DNA of 64,000 bases, taken from the NCBI GenBank assembly GCA_002269645.1, contig NIVC01000542.1, forward strand, positions 1 to 64,000. The letters run 5' to 3'. The DNA comes from Macrostomum lignano (taxonomy: Eukaryota). Every line of letters begins with the position of its first letter. Position 1 is the stretch's first letter. The notes beneath the pieces are model-generated. The model worked only from the letters and a program-made list of their open reading frames with translations. It ran no database searches and was not told where the DNA came from. Positions 1-12,872 of this stretch are shown piece by piece. Position numbers and translations under genes: made by a program.

Positions 1-3000
1 TAAGCGCCTGCACTAAGTGTCCACCGGGTAGCTTCGGCAACAAGAAGGGGTCCAAGGAATGCACCAAGTGTCCTGCTGGAAGCGTGTGTACCAACGGCGC
101 CTCCGAGCCGACCAACGGCGCCTCCGAGCCGACCAAGTGCAAGGCGGAACGTTTGCGATCGCCGGATCTAGCAAGTGTACACCGAGTCCACCGGGATCAT
201 TCGTCGACAAGACTGGCTCGACAAGCGCTAAAACCGTGTCCTGCAGGCACGTGGAGCGGTAAAGGCGCGGCCGCGTGTACGAACTGCGAGCCTGGAACAA
301 TCTCAACTGTCGGCTCTTCGGCATGCACCCAGTGCCCGGCAGGAAGCATTGCTGACCGAGCCGGGTTAAGCGCCTGCACTAAGTGTCCACCGGGTAGCTT
401 CGCCAACAAGAAGGGGTCCAAGGAATGCACCAAGTGTCCTGCTGGAAGCGTGTGTACAACGGCGCCTCCGAGCCGACCAAGTGCAAGGCGGGAACGTTTG
501 CGATCGCCGGATCTAGCAAGTGTACACCGAGTCCACCGGGATCATTCGTCGACAAGACTGGCTCGACAAGCGCTAAACCGTGTCCTGCAGGCACGTGGAG
601 CGGTAAAGGCGCGGCCGCGTGTACGAACTGCGGAGCCTGGAACAATCTCAACTGTCGGCTCTTCGGCATGCACCCAGTGCCCGGCAGGAAGCATTGCTGA
701 CCGAGCGGGTTAAGCGCCTGCACTAAGTGTCCACCGGGTAGCTTCGCCAACAAGAAGGGGTCCAAGGAATGCACCAAGTGTCCTGCTGGAAGCGTGTGTA
801 CCAACGGCGCCTCCGAGCCGACCAAGTGCAAGGCGGGAACGTTTGCGATCGCCGGATCTAGCAAGTGTACACCGAGTCCACCGGGATCATTCGTCGACAA
901 GACTGGCTCGACAAGCGCTAAACCGTGTCCTGCAGGCACGTGGAGCGGTAAAGGCGCGGCCGCGTGTACGAACTGCGAGCCTGGAACAATCTCAACTGTC
1001 GGCTCTTCGGCATGCACCCAGTGCCCGGCAGGAAGCATTGCTGACCGAGCCGGGTTAAGCGCCTGCACTAAGTGTCCACCGGGTAGCTTCGCCAACAAGA
1101 AGGGGTCCAAGGAATGCACCAAGTGTCCTGCTGGAAGCGTGTGTACCAACGGCGCCTCCGAGCCGACCAAGTGCAAGGCGGGAACGTTTGCGATCGCCGG
1201 ATCTAGCAAGTGTACACCGAGTCCACCGGGATCATTCGTCGACAAGACTGGCTCGACAAGCGCTAAACCGTGTCCTGCAGGCACGTGGAGCGGTAAAGGC
1301 GCGGCCGCGTGTACGAACTGCGAGCCTGGAACAATCTCAACTGTCGGCTCTTCGGCATGCACCCAGTGCCCGGCAGGAAGCATTGCTGACCGAGCCGGGT
1401 TAAGCGCCTGCACTAAGTGTCCACCGGGTAGCTTCGCCAACAAGAAGGGGTCCAAGGAATGCACCAAGTGTCCTGCTGGAAGCGTGTGTACAACGGCGCC
1501 TCCGAGCCGACCAAGTGCAAGGCGGGAACGTTTGCGATCGCCGGATCTAGCAAGTGTACACCGAGTCCACCGGGATCATTCGTCGACAAGACTGGCTCGA
1601 CAAGCGCTAAACCGTGTCCTGCAGGCACGTGGAGCGGTAAAGGCGCGGCCGCGTGTACGAACTGCGAGCCTGGAACAATCTCAACTGTCGGCTCTTCGGC
1701 ATGCACCCAGTGCCCGGCAGGAAGCATTGCTGACCGAGCCGGGTTAAGCGCCTGCACTAAGTGTCCACCGGGTAGCTTCGCCAACAAGAAGGGGTCCAAG
1801 GAATGCACCAAGTGTCCTGCTGGAAGCGTGTGTACAACGGCGCCTCCGAGCCGACCAAGTGCAAGGCGGGAACGTTTGCGATCGCCGGATCTAGCAAGTG
1901 TACACCGAGTCCACCGGGATCATTCGTCGACAAGACTGGCTCGACAAGCGCTAAACCGTGTCCTGCAGGCACGTGGAGCGGTAAAGGCGCGGCCGCGTGT
2001 ACGAACTGCGAGCCTGGAACAATCTCAACTGTCGGCTCTTCGGCATGCACCCAGTGCCCGGCAGGAAGCATTGCTGACCGAGCCGGGTTAAGCGCCTGCA
2101 CTAAGTGTCCACCGGGTAGCTTCGCCAACAAGAAGGGGTCCAAGGAATGCACCAAGTGTCCTGCTGGAAGCGTGTGTACCAACGGCGCCTCCGAGCCGAC
2201 CAAGTGCAAGGCGGGAACGTTTGCGATCGCCGGATCTAGCAAGTGTACACCGAGTCCACCGGGATCATTCGTCGACAAGACTGGCTCGACAAGCGCTAAA
2301 CCGTGTCCTGCAGGCACGTGGAGCGGTAAAGGCGCGGCCGCGTGTACGAACTGCGAGCCTGGAACAATCTCAACTGTCGGCTCTTCGGCATGCACCCAGT
2401 GCCCGGCAGGAAGCATTGCTGACCGAGCCGGGTTAAGCGCCTGCACTAAGTGTCCACCGGGTAGCTTCGCCAACAAGAAGGGGTCCAAGGAATGCACCAA
2501 GTGTCCTGCTGGAAGCGTGTGTACAACGGCGCCTCCGAGCCGACCAAGTGCAAGGCGGGAACGTTTGCGATCGCCGGATCTAGCAAGTGTACACCGAGTC
2601 CACCGGGATCATTCGTCGACAAGACTGGCTCGACAAGCGCTAAACCGTGTCCTGCAGGCACGTGGAGCGGTAAAGGCGCGGCCGCGTGTACGAACTGCGA
2701 GCCTGGAACAATCTCAACTGTCGGCTCTTCGGCATGCACCCAGTGCCCGGCAGGAAGCATTGCTGACCGAGCCGGGTTAAGCGCCTGCACTAAGTGTCCA
2801 CCGGGTAGCTTCGCCAACAAGAAGGGGTCCAAGGAATGCACCAAGTGTCCTGCTGGAAGCGTGTGTACAACGGCGCCTCCGAGCCGACCAAGTGCAAGGC
2901 GGGAACGTTTGCGATCGCCGGATCTAGCAAGTGTACACCGAGTCCACCGGGATCATTCGTCGACAAGACTGGCTCGACAAGCGCTAAACCGTGTCCTGCA

Positions 3001-6000
3001 GGCACGTGGAGCGGTAAAGGCGCGGCCGCGTGTACGAACTGCGAGCCTGGAACAATCTCAACTGTCGGCTCTTCGGCATGCACCCAGTGCCCGGCAGGAA
3101 GCATTGCTGACCGAGCCGGGTTAAGCGCCTGCACTAAGTGTCCACCGGGTAGCTTCGCCAACAAGAAGGGGTCCAAGGAATGCACCAAGTGTCCTGCTGG
3201 AAGCGTGTGTACCAACGGCGCCTCCGAGCCGACCAAGTGCAAGGCGGGAACGTTTGCGATCGCCGGATCTAGCAAGTGTACACCGAGTCCACCGGGATCA
3301 TTCGTCGACAAGACTGGCTCGACAAGCGCTAAACCGTGTCCTGCAGGCACGTGGAGCGGTAAAGGCGCGGCCGCGTGTACGAACTGCGAGCCTGGAACAA
3401 TCTCAACTGTCGGCTCTTCGGCATGCACCCAGTGCCCGGCAGGAAGCATTGCTGACCGAGCCGGGTTAAGCGCCTGCACTAAGTGTCCACCGGGTAGCTT
3501 CGCCAACAAGAAGGGGTCCAAGGAATGCACCAAGTGTCCTGCTGGAAGCGTGTGTACAACGGCGCCTCCGAGCCGACCAAGTGCAAGGCGGGAACGTTTG
3601 CGATCGCCGGATCTAGCAAGTGTACACCGAGTCCACCGGGATCATTCGTCGACAAGACTGGCTCGACAAGCGCTAAACCGTGTCCTGCAGGCACGTGGAG
3701 CGGTAAAGGCGCGGCCGCGTGTACGAACTGCGAGCCTGGAACAATCTCAACTGTCGGCTCTTCGGCATGCACCCAGTGCCCGGCAGGAAGCATTGCTGAC
3801 CGAGCCGGGTTAAGCGCCTGCACTAAGTGTCCACCGGGTAGCTTCGCCAACAAGAAGGGGTCCAAGGAATGCACCAAGTGTCCTGCTGGAAGCGTGTGTA
3901 CAACGGCGCCTCCGAGCCGACCAAGTGCAAGGCGGGAACGTTTGCGATCGCCGGATCTAGCAAGTGTACACCGAGTCCACCGGGATCATTCGTCGACAAG
4001 ACTGGCTCGACAAGCGCTAAACCGTGTCCTGCAGGCACGTGGAGCGGTAAAGGCGCGGCCGCGTGTACGAACTGCGAGCCTGGAACAATCTCAACTGTCG
4101 GCTCTTCGGCATGCACCCAGTGCCCGGCAGGAAGCATTGCTGACCGAGCGGGTTAAGCGCCTGCACTAAGTGTCCACCGGGTAGCTTCGCCAACAAGAAG
4201 GGGTCCAAGGAATGCACCAAGTGTCCTGCTGGAAGCGTGTGTACAACGGCGCCTCCGAGCCGACCAAGTGCAAGGCGGGAACGTTTGCGATCGCCGGATC
4301 TAGCAAGTGTACACCGAGTCCACCGGGATCATTCGTCGACAAGACTGGCTCGACAAGCGCTAAACCGTGTCCTGCAGGCACGTGGAGCGGTAAAGGCGCG
4401 GCCGCGTGTACGAACTGCGAGCCTGGAACAATCTCAACTGTCGGCTCTTCGGCATGCACCCAGTGCCCGGCAGGAAGCATTGCTGACCGAGCGGGTTAAG
4501 CGCCTGCACTAAGTGTCCACCGGGTAGCTTCGCCAACAAGAAGGGGTCCAAGGAATGCACCAAGTGTCCTGCTGGAAGCGTGTGTACAACGGCGCCTCCG
4601 AGCCGACCAAGTGCAAGGCGGGAACGTTTGCGATCGCCGGATCTAGCAAGTGTACACCGAGTCCACCGGGATCATTCGTCGACAAGACTGGCTCGACAAG
4701 CGCTAAACCGTGTCCTGCAGGCACGTGGAGCGGTAAAGGCGCGGCCGCGTGTACGAACTGCGAGCCTGGAACAATCTCAACTGTCGGCTCTTCGGCATGC
4801 ACCCAGTGCCCGGCAGGAAGCATTGCTGACCGAGCGGGTTAAGCGCCTGCACTAAGTGTCCACCGGGTAGCTTCGCCAACAAGAAGGGGTCCAAGGAATG
4901 CACCAAGTGTCCTGCTGGAAGCGTGTGTACAACGGCGCCTCCGAGCCGACCAAGTGCAAGGCGGGAACGTTTGCGATCGCCGGATCTAGCAAGTGTACAC
5001 CGAGTCCACCGGGATCATTCGTCGACAAGACTGGCTCGACAAGCGCTAAACCGTGTCCTGCAGGCACGTGGAGCGGTAAAGGCGCGGCCGCGTGTACGAA
5101 CTGCGAGCCTGGAACAATCTCAACTGTCGGCTCTTCGGCATGCACCCAGTGCCCGGCAGGAAGCATTGCTGACCGAGCGGGTTAAGCGCCTGCACTAAGT
5201 GTCCACCGGGTAGCTTCGCCAACAAGAAGGGGTCCAAGGAATGCACCAAGTGTCCTGCTGGAAGCGTGTGTACGAACGGCGCCTCCGAGCCGACCAAGTG
5301 CAAGGCGGGAACGTTTGCGATCGCCGGATCTAGCAAGTGTACACCGAGTCCACCGGGATCATTCGTCGACAAGACTGGCTCGACAAGCGCTAAACCGTGT
5401 CCTGCAGGCACGTGGAGCGGTAAAGGCGCGGCCGCGTGTACGAACTGCGAGCCTGGAACAATCTCAACTGTCGGCTCTTCGGCATGCACCCAGTGCCCGG
5501 CAGGAAGCATTGCTGACCGAGCTGGGTTAAGCGCCTGCACTAAGTGTCCACCGGGTAGCTTCGCCAACAAGAAGGGGTCCAAGGAATGCACCAAGTGTCC
5601 TGCTGGAAGCGTGTGTACGAACGGCGCCTCCGAGCCGACCAAGTGCAAGGCGGGAACGTTTGCGATCGCCGGATCTAGCAAGTGTACACCGAGTCCACCG
5701 GGATCATTCGTCGACAAGACTGGCTCGACAAGCGCTAAACCGTGTCCTGCAGGCACGTGGAGCGGTAAAGGCGCGGCCGCGTGTACGAACTGCGAGCCTG
5801 GAACAATCTCAACTGTCGGCTCTTCGGCATGCACCCAGTGCCCGGCAGGAAGCATTGCTGATCGAGCTGGGTTAAGCGCCTGCACTAAGTGTCCACCGGG
5901 TAGCTTCGCAACAAGAAGGGGTCCAAGGAATGCACCAAGTGTCCTGCTGGAAGCGTGTGTACGAACGGCGCCTCCGAGCCGACCAAGTGCAAGGCGGGAA

Positions 6001-9000
6001 CGTTTGCGATCGCCGGATCTAGCAAGTGTACACCGAGTCCACCGGGATCATTCGTCGACAAGACTGGCTCGACAAGCGCTAAACCGTGTCCTGCAGGCAC
6101 GTGGAGCGGTAAAGGCGCGGCCGCGTGTACGAACTGCGAGCCTGGAACAATCTCAACTGTCGGCTCTTCGGCATGCACCCAGTGCCCGGCAGGAAGCATT
6201 GCTGATCGAGCTGGGTTAAGCGCCTGCACTAAGTGTCCACCGGGTAGCTTCGCAACAAGAAGGGGTCCAAGGAATGCACCAAGTGTCCTGCTGGAAGCGT
6301 GTGTACGAACGGCGCCTCCGAGCCGACCAAGTGCAAGGCGGGAACGTTTGCGATCGCCGGATCTAGCAAGTGTACACCGAGTCCACCGGGATCATTCGTC
6401 GACAAGACTGGCTCGACAAGCGCTAAACCGTGTCCTGCAGGCACGTGGAGCGGTAAAGGCGCGGCCGCGTGTACGAACTGCGAGCCTGGAACAATCTCAA
6501 CTGTCGGCTCTTCGGCATGCACCCAGTGCCCGGCAGGAAGCATTGCTGATCGAGCTGGGTTAAGCGCCTGCACTAAGTGTCCACCGGGTAGCTTCGCCAA
6601 CAAGAAGGGGTCCAAGGAATGCACCAAGTGTCCTGCTGGAAGCGTGTGTACGAACGGCGCCTCCGAGCCGACCAAGTGCAAGGCGGGAACGTTTGCGATC
6701 GCCGGATCTAGCAAGTGTACACCGAGTCCACCGGGATCATTCGTCGACAAGACTGGCTCGACAAGCGCTAAACCGTGTCCTGCAGGCACGTGGAGCGGTA
6801 AAGGCGCGGCCGCGTGTACGAACTGCGAGCCTGGAACAATCTCAACTGTCGGCTCTTCGGCATGCACCCAGTGCCCGGCAGGAAGCATTGCTGATCGAGC
6901 TGGGTTAAGCGCCTGCACTAAGTGTCCACCGGGTAGCTTCGCAAACAAGAAGGGGTCCAAGGAATGCACCAAGTGTCCTGCTGGAAGCGTGTGTACGAAC
7001 GGCGCCTCCGAGCCGACCAAGTGCAAGGCGGGAACGTTTGCGATCGCCGGATCTAGCAAGTGTACACCGAGTCCACCGGGATCATTCGTCGACAAGACTG
7101 GCTCGACAAGCGCTAAACCGTGTCCTGCAGGCACGTGGAGCGGTAAAGGCGCGGCCGCGTGTACGAACTGCGAGCCTGGAACAATCTCAACTGTCGGCTC
7201 TTCGGCATGCACCCAGTGCCCGGCAGGAAGCATTGCTGATCGAGCTGGGTTAAGCGCCTGCACTAAGTGTCCACCGGGTAGCTTCGCCAACAAGAAGGGG
7301 TCCAAGGAATGCACCAAGTGTCCTGCTGGAAGCGTGTGTACGAACGGCGCCTCCGAGCCGACCAAGTGCAAGGCGGGAACGTTTGCGATCGCCGGATCTA
7401 GCAAGTGTACACCGAGTCCACCGGGATCATTCGTCGACAAGACTGGCTCGACAAGCGCTAAACCGTGTCCTGCAGGCACGTGGAGCGGTAAAGGCGCGGC
7501 CGCGTGTACGAACTGCGAGCCTGGAACAATCTCAACTGTCGGCTCTTCGGCATGCACCCAGTGCCCGGCAGGAAGCATTGCTGATCGAGCTGGGTTAAGC
7601 GCCTGCACTAAGTGTCCACCGGGTAGCTTCGCAACAAGAAGGGGTCCAAGGAATGCACCAAGTGTCCTGCTGGAAGCGTGTGTACGAACGGCGCCTCCGA
7701 GCCACCAAGTGCAAGGCGGGAACGTTTGCGATCGCCGGATCTAGCAAGTGTACACCGAGTCCACCGGGATCATTCGTCGACAAGACTGGCTCGACAAGCG
7801 CTAAACCGTGTCCTGCAGGCACGTGGAGCGGTAAAGGCGCGGCCGCGTGTACGAACTGCGAGCCTGGAACAATCTCAACTGTCGGCTCTTCGGCATGCAC
7901 CCAGTGCCCGGCAGGAAGCATTGCTGACCGAGCTGGGTTAAGCGCCTGCACTAAGTGTCCACCGGGTAGCTTCGCAAACAAGAAGGGGTCCAAGGAATGC
8001 ACCAAGTGTCCTGCTGGAAGCGTGTGTACGAACGGCGCCTCCGAGCCGACCAAGTGCAAGGCGGGAACGTTTGCGATCGCCGGATCTAGCAAGTGTACAC
8101 CGAGTCCACCGGGATCATTCGTCGACAAGACTGGCTCGACAAGCGCTAAACCGTGTCCTGCAGGCACGTGGAGCGGTAAAGGCGCGGCCGCGTGTACGAA
8201 CTGCGAGCCTGGAACAATCTCAACTGTCGGCTCTTCGGCATGCACCCAGTGCCCGGCAGGAAGCATTGCTGATCGAGCTGGGTTAAGCGCCTGCACTAAG
8301 TGTCCACCGGGTAGCTTCGCAAACAAGAAGGGGTCCAAGGAATGCACCAAGTGTCCTGCTGGAAGCGTGTGTACGAACGGCGCCTCCGAGCCACCAAGTG
8401 CAAGGCGGGAACGTTTGCGATCGCCGGATCTAGCAAGTGTACACCGAGTCCACCGGGATCATTCGTCGACAAGACTGGCTCGACAAGCGCTAAACCGTGT
8501 CCTGCAGGCACGTGGAGCGGTAAAGGCGCGGCCGCGTGTACGAACTGCGAGCCTGGAACAATCTCAACTGTCGGCTCTTCGGCATGCACCCAGTGCCCGG
8601 CAGGAAGCATTGCTGACCGAGCTGGGTTAAGCGCCTGCACTAAGTGTCCACCGGGTAGCTTCGCAAACAAGAAGGGGTCCAAGGAATGCACCAAGTGTCC
8701 TGCTGGAAGCGTGTGTACGAACGGCGCCTCCGAGCCGACCAAGTGCAACGCGGGAACGTTTGCGATCGCCGGATCTAGCAAGTGTACACCGAGTCCACCG
8801 GGATCATTCGTCGACAAGACTGGCTCGACAAGCGCTAAACCGTGTCCTGCAGGCACGTGGAGCGGTAAAGGCGCGGCCGCGTGTACGAACTGCGAGCCTG
8901 GAACAATCTCAACTGTCGGCTCTTCGGCATGCACCCAGTGCCCGGCAGGAAGCATTGCTGACCGAGCTGGGTTAAGCGCCTGCACTAAGTGTCCACCGGG

Positions 9001-10430
9001 TAGCTTCGCAAACAAGAAGGGGTCCAAGGAATGCACCAAGTGTCCTGCTGGAAGCGTGTGTACGAACGGCGCCTCCGAGCCGACCAAGTGCAAGGCGGGA
9101 ACGTTTGCGATCGCCGGATCTAGCAAGTGTACACCGAGTCCACCGGGATCATTCGTCGACAAGACTGGCTCGACAAGCGCTAAACCGTGTCCTGCAGGCA
9201 CGTGGAGCGGTAAAGGCGCGGCCGCGTGTACGAACTGCGAGCCTGGAACAATCTCAACTGTCGGCTCTTCGGCATGCACCCAGTGCCCGGCAGGAAGCAT
9301 TGCTGATCGAGCTGGGTTAAGCGCCTGCACTAAGTGTCCACCGGGTAGCTTCGCCAACAAGAAGGGGTCCAAGGAATGCACCAAGTGTCCTGCTGGAAGC
9401 GTGTGTACGAACGGCGCCTCCGAGCCGACCAAGTGCAACGCGGGAACGTTTGCGATCGCCGGATCTAGCAAGTGTACACCGAGTCCACCGGGATCATTCG
9501 TCGACAAGACTGGCTCGACAAGCGCTAAACCGTGTCCTGCAGGCACGTGGAGCGGTAAAGGCGCGGCCGCGTGTACGAACTGCGAGCCTGGAACAATCTC
9601 AACTGTCGGCTCTTCGGCATGCACCCAGTGCCCGGCAGGAAGCATTGCTGATCGAGCTGGGTTAAGCGCCTGCACTAAGTGTCCACCGGGTAGCTTCGCC
9701 AACAAGAAGGGGTCCAAGGAATGCACCAAGTGTCCTGCTGGAAGCGTGTGTACGAACGGCGCCTCCGAGCCCACCAAGTGCAAGGCGGGAACGTTTGCGA
9801 TCGCCGGATCTAGCAAGTGTACACCGAGTCCACCGGGATCATTCGTCGACAAGACTGGCTCGACAAGCGCTAAACCGTGTCCTGCAGGCACGTGGAGCGG
9901 TAAAGGCGCGGCCGCGTGTACGAACTGCGAGCCTGGAACAATCTCAACTGTCGGCTCTTCGGCATGCACCCAGTGCCCGGCAGGAAGCATTGCTGATCGA
10001 GCTGGGTTAAGCGCCTGCACTAAGTGTCCACCGGGTAGCTTCGCAAACAAGAAGGGGTCCAAGGAATGCACCAAGTGTCCTGCTGGAAGCGTGTGTACGA
10101 ACGGCGCCTCCGAGCCCACCAAGTGCAAGGCGGGAACGTTTGCGATCGCCGGATCTAGCAAGTGTACACCGAGTCCACCGGGATCATTCGTCGACAAGAC
10201 TGGCTCGACAAGCGCTAAACCGTGTCCTGCAGGCACGTGGAGCGGTAAAGGCGCGGCCGCGTGTACGAACTGCGAGCCTGGAACAATCTCAACTGTCGGC
10301 TCTTCGGCATGCACCCAGTGCCCGGCAGGAAGCATTGCTGATCGAGCTGGGTTAAGCGCCTGCACTAAGTGTCCACCGGGTAGCTTCGCCAACAAGAAGG
10401 GGTCCAAGGAATGCACCAAGTGTCCTGCTG
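1..10430 (+). repeat. Coding tandem array, 345-bp unit, about 30 copies
   Basis: Shadow ORFs recur at exact 345-bp spacing (7038/7383, 8760/9105/9450/9795/10140). Units differ only at a handful of sites. Confidence 0.97.
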
Positions 10431-11801
10431 GATATTTTTCTTCGACTTTGAATTCAATAGAATGCACCCCTAGTCCTGCTGGCTATTTTATAAATGGAGT
10501 CGGTTCGACCTCCTACAATCCTTGTCCCGTAGGCACCTGGAGTGGACTTGGTTCAAGTGCGTGTACTGCCTGCATCCCTGGATCATTTTCCTCGTCTGCT
10601 GGATCTTCTTCTTGCAGGCGATGTTCTCCTGGAACTTTTGCTAATTTTAACGGCTCAAGTGAGTGCAAACCTTGTCCGCCTGGCAGATACAGCGGCCATA
10701 GCGGTGCCTCTTTGTGCGAGTTATGCAATCCAGGCAGCTGGAGCCGTTCGGGTGCTTTGTCCTGCCGCTTGTGCCCCAAGGGTCATTTTTCGCCTGCTGG
10801 ATCAAGGCACTGCATTCAATGTTCGGGGGGCACTTTTGCAGATCGGGAGGGCACCGCTAGCTGCACGATGTGCCCCCCTGGCAGCGTGGCTGAGGAGCCT
10901 GGCTCTACGCGTTGCAGTCTTTGCCAGGTAGGGCAATACGCGCCAAGCCCTGGTTCAGACAAATGCTTTGATTGTTTCCCTGGCTACTTCACGAACAAAA
11001 CTGGTAGTAGCACCTGCACGGCCTGCCCCCCTGGCACGCGATCCAGTATTCAGCGGGCTACCGAATGCATACAGTGCAACTTGGAGAACAATTTGTCATA
11101 TCGATCTGGTATGAGCATATGCGACGAGTGCCCCGAGTTCGCCCCGACACTCACAAAATATAAATGTTATGGTGAGCTGATTTGATAAATTTATTTTCCG
11201 TTTTACTTTTTTGTAGTTAGCTTTTTGGGGACATTGTCAACGACTTGACCTGACAGGAGTTTATTGCTAATCGAGCGTCACAAGTTGTGGCCTGAGGCAG
11301 TCCCTGTGCCAGTAGGACGGGATACCAGCTTTGGAGCTATTTTTAGACATCTGTTCGGGACGGTACTCATAATTTACTTATATTGGAACTTATAAAAACG
11401 TGAATAAAAAATTATATCCACTTTCCCACCGACATTTAGATCGAGTTAATACCGAGTGCTCTTCTAAAGACGGCATATCGAAAACGTGCAGGTATTCTGT
11501 AGACTTGAATGTGTGGTCGTACGGAGTCGCTTACGCTGATGGTCCCGGGCGTGACTTTCTGTTTTACACGTTTTCGAAGACAGTTGATATAAAAAAGTTT
11601 CTTTTAATGGCAAAGTCAAACGCCAGAAGCAGCGCAGAGAACTTGAATTTCCGATGCCTGCCATCCGGCAAGGAGAAACACTTCCCAACGTTCAGGCGGT
11701 ACAATAACTTTGAATGCGCGAATGCGCAAGCAATGGAGGTCACGCCGAAGCCATATCACAAGGTCATCATTATGGAGTTGGCGTTTTTCTATAAAGAGTA
11801 G
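1..11801 (+). CDS. Giant cysteine-rich repeat protein (CxxCxxG / ephrin-receptor-like, GCC2_GCC3-type repeats), 5'-truncated, with a probable spliced C-terminal beta-sandwich domain
   Basis: About 30 copies of a 115-aa unit (CTNGASEPTKCKAGTFAIAG...CTKCPAGSV) run to about 10430, then diverged CxxCxPG repeats to 11171. There is a phase-1 donor G|GTGAGC at 11172 and a phase-compatible acceptor CATTTAG| at 11439. The last exon 11440-11801 ends ...IMELAFFYKE*, and AATAAA lies at 11837-11842. Single-base indels break the frame within 1-8400 and are probably consensus errors. The splice junction is inferred. Confidence 0.75.
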
Positions 11802-12074
11802 GCAAACGCCGTGCGAAACTGAGTATGCGCTGGATTAATAAAATACACAAGACTTGAATGTATAATCAAAATTTTGATTTTGCCTTTCGAGTGAGTCACT
11901 CGCATTTTATACTGTGCTGCTAACGACCACCAAGGTCATACAACTTACAGATTTGGTTTATAGCTTGCACATTCGTGGGGACATTTAATGTGAAAGCGTT
12001 TAGTGGTGAAACAGTTCATCGAGGATCCCGACAGTACGTTTGCACACGAGCAAATCCCACCGACATGTAGATCC

Positions 12075-12550
12075 TCAGAAAATCATGAAAATTATTTGCA
12101 AAGCTTCTTAACACTTCTGCACGCGTAGAATAATTCATTCATGGTCGAGAGCCTCCAAGGCACAAGAAACCGGCGTGTTGGACACTTCAGGCCCCATCAG
12201 AAAATCATGAAAATTATTTGCAAAGCTTCTGAACAATTCCGCACGCGTAGAATTCATTCATGGTCGAGAGCCTCCAAGGCACAAGAAACCGGCGTGTTGG
12301 ACACTTCAGGCCCCATCAGAAAATCATGAAAATTATTTGCAAAGCTTCTGAACAATTCCGCACGCGTAGAATTCATGCATGCTGGAGAGCCTCAAAGGCA
12401 GAAAAACCGGCGTGTTGGACACTTCAGGCCCCATCAGAAAATCATGAAAATTATTTGCAAAGCTTCTGAACAATTCTGCACGAGTAGAATTCATGCATGC
12501 TGGAGAGCCTCAAAGGCAGAAAAACCGGCGTGTTGGACACTTTAGGCCCC
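12075..12550. repeat. Tandem repeat, 119-bp unit, about 4 copies
   Basis: AGAAAATCATGAAAATTATTTGCAAAGCTTC...GGACACTTCAGGCCCCATC recurs; identical ORF starts at 12141 and 12260. Confidence 0.9.
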
Positions 12551-12872
12551 AATGCGCTCGTCACGTCTGCTAACACCTGCCATTTTTTCATGCGAACATG
12601 GGTGTGGCCGGTGGATCTCGAGTCCGTTTGCCACTTCTTGTTATCGATTGTCCAGTTTATGAAGTTTTAATTATATATTTAGTATAGGTGGATTACCTCC
12701 AAGGTTTCACTGACGTTTCTCACAATAGCACATGCGTATTGTTAAAATTTGTTTCATGGAGGCTGGCTTACTTTACTCTACAATTCCGTCACAGGCCTTC
12801 CGTGTGCATGCCCTCGTTGTCTCTGTTTACTCTGTTTTCTCTCCCTGTCTAGGCCACAGATACAAAAATAAC

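Noticed and set aside
13-10467. Long minus-strand ORFs (MVHSLDPFLLAKLPGGHLVQ..., up to 723 aa) and the 71-aa alternative-frame ORFs
   Set aside because: These are antisense or alternative-frame shadows of the stop-poor 345-bp coding repeat. The plus-strand Cys frame is the one with synonymous-biased variation and a continuation into unique sequence.
11217-11270. Nearer acceptors (11216, 11220) as the last exon of the giant gene
   Set aside because: They give only 10-16 more residues before a stop. The 11439 acceptor yields a full domain resembling the paralogue's tail and is followed by AATAAA. They are not excluded as minor isoforms.
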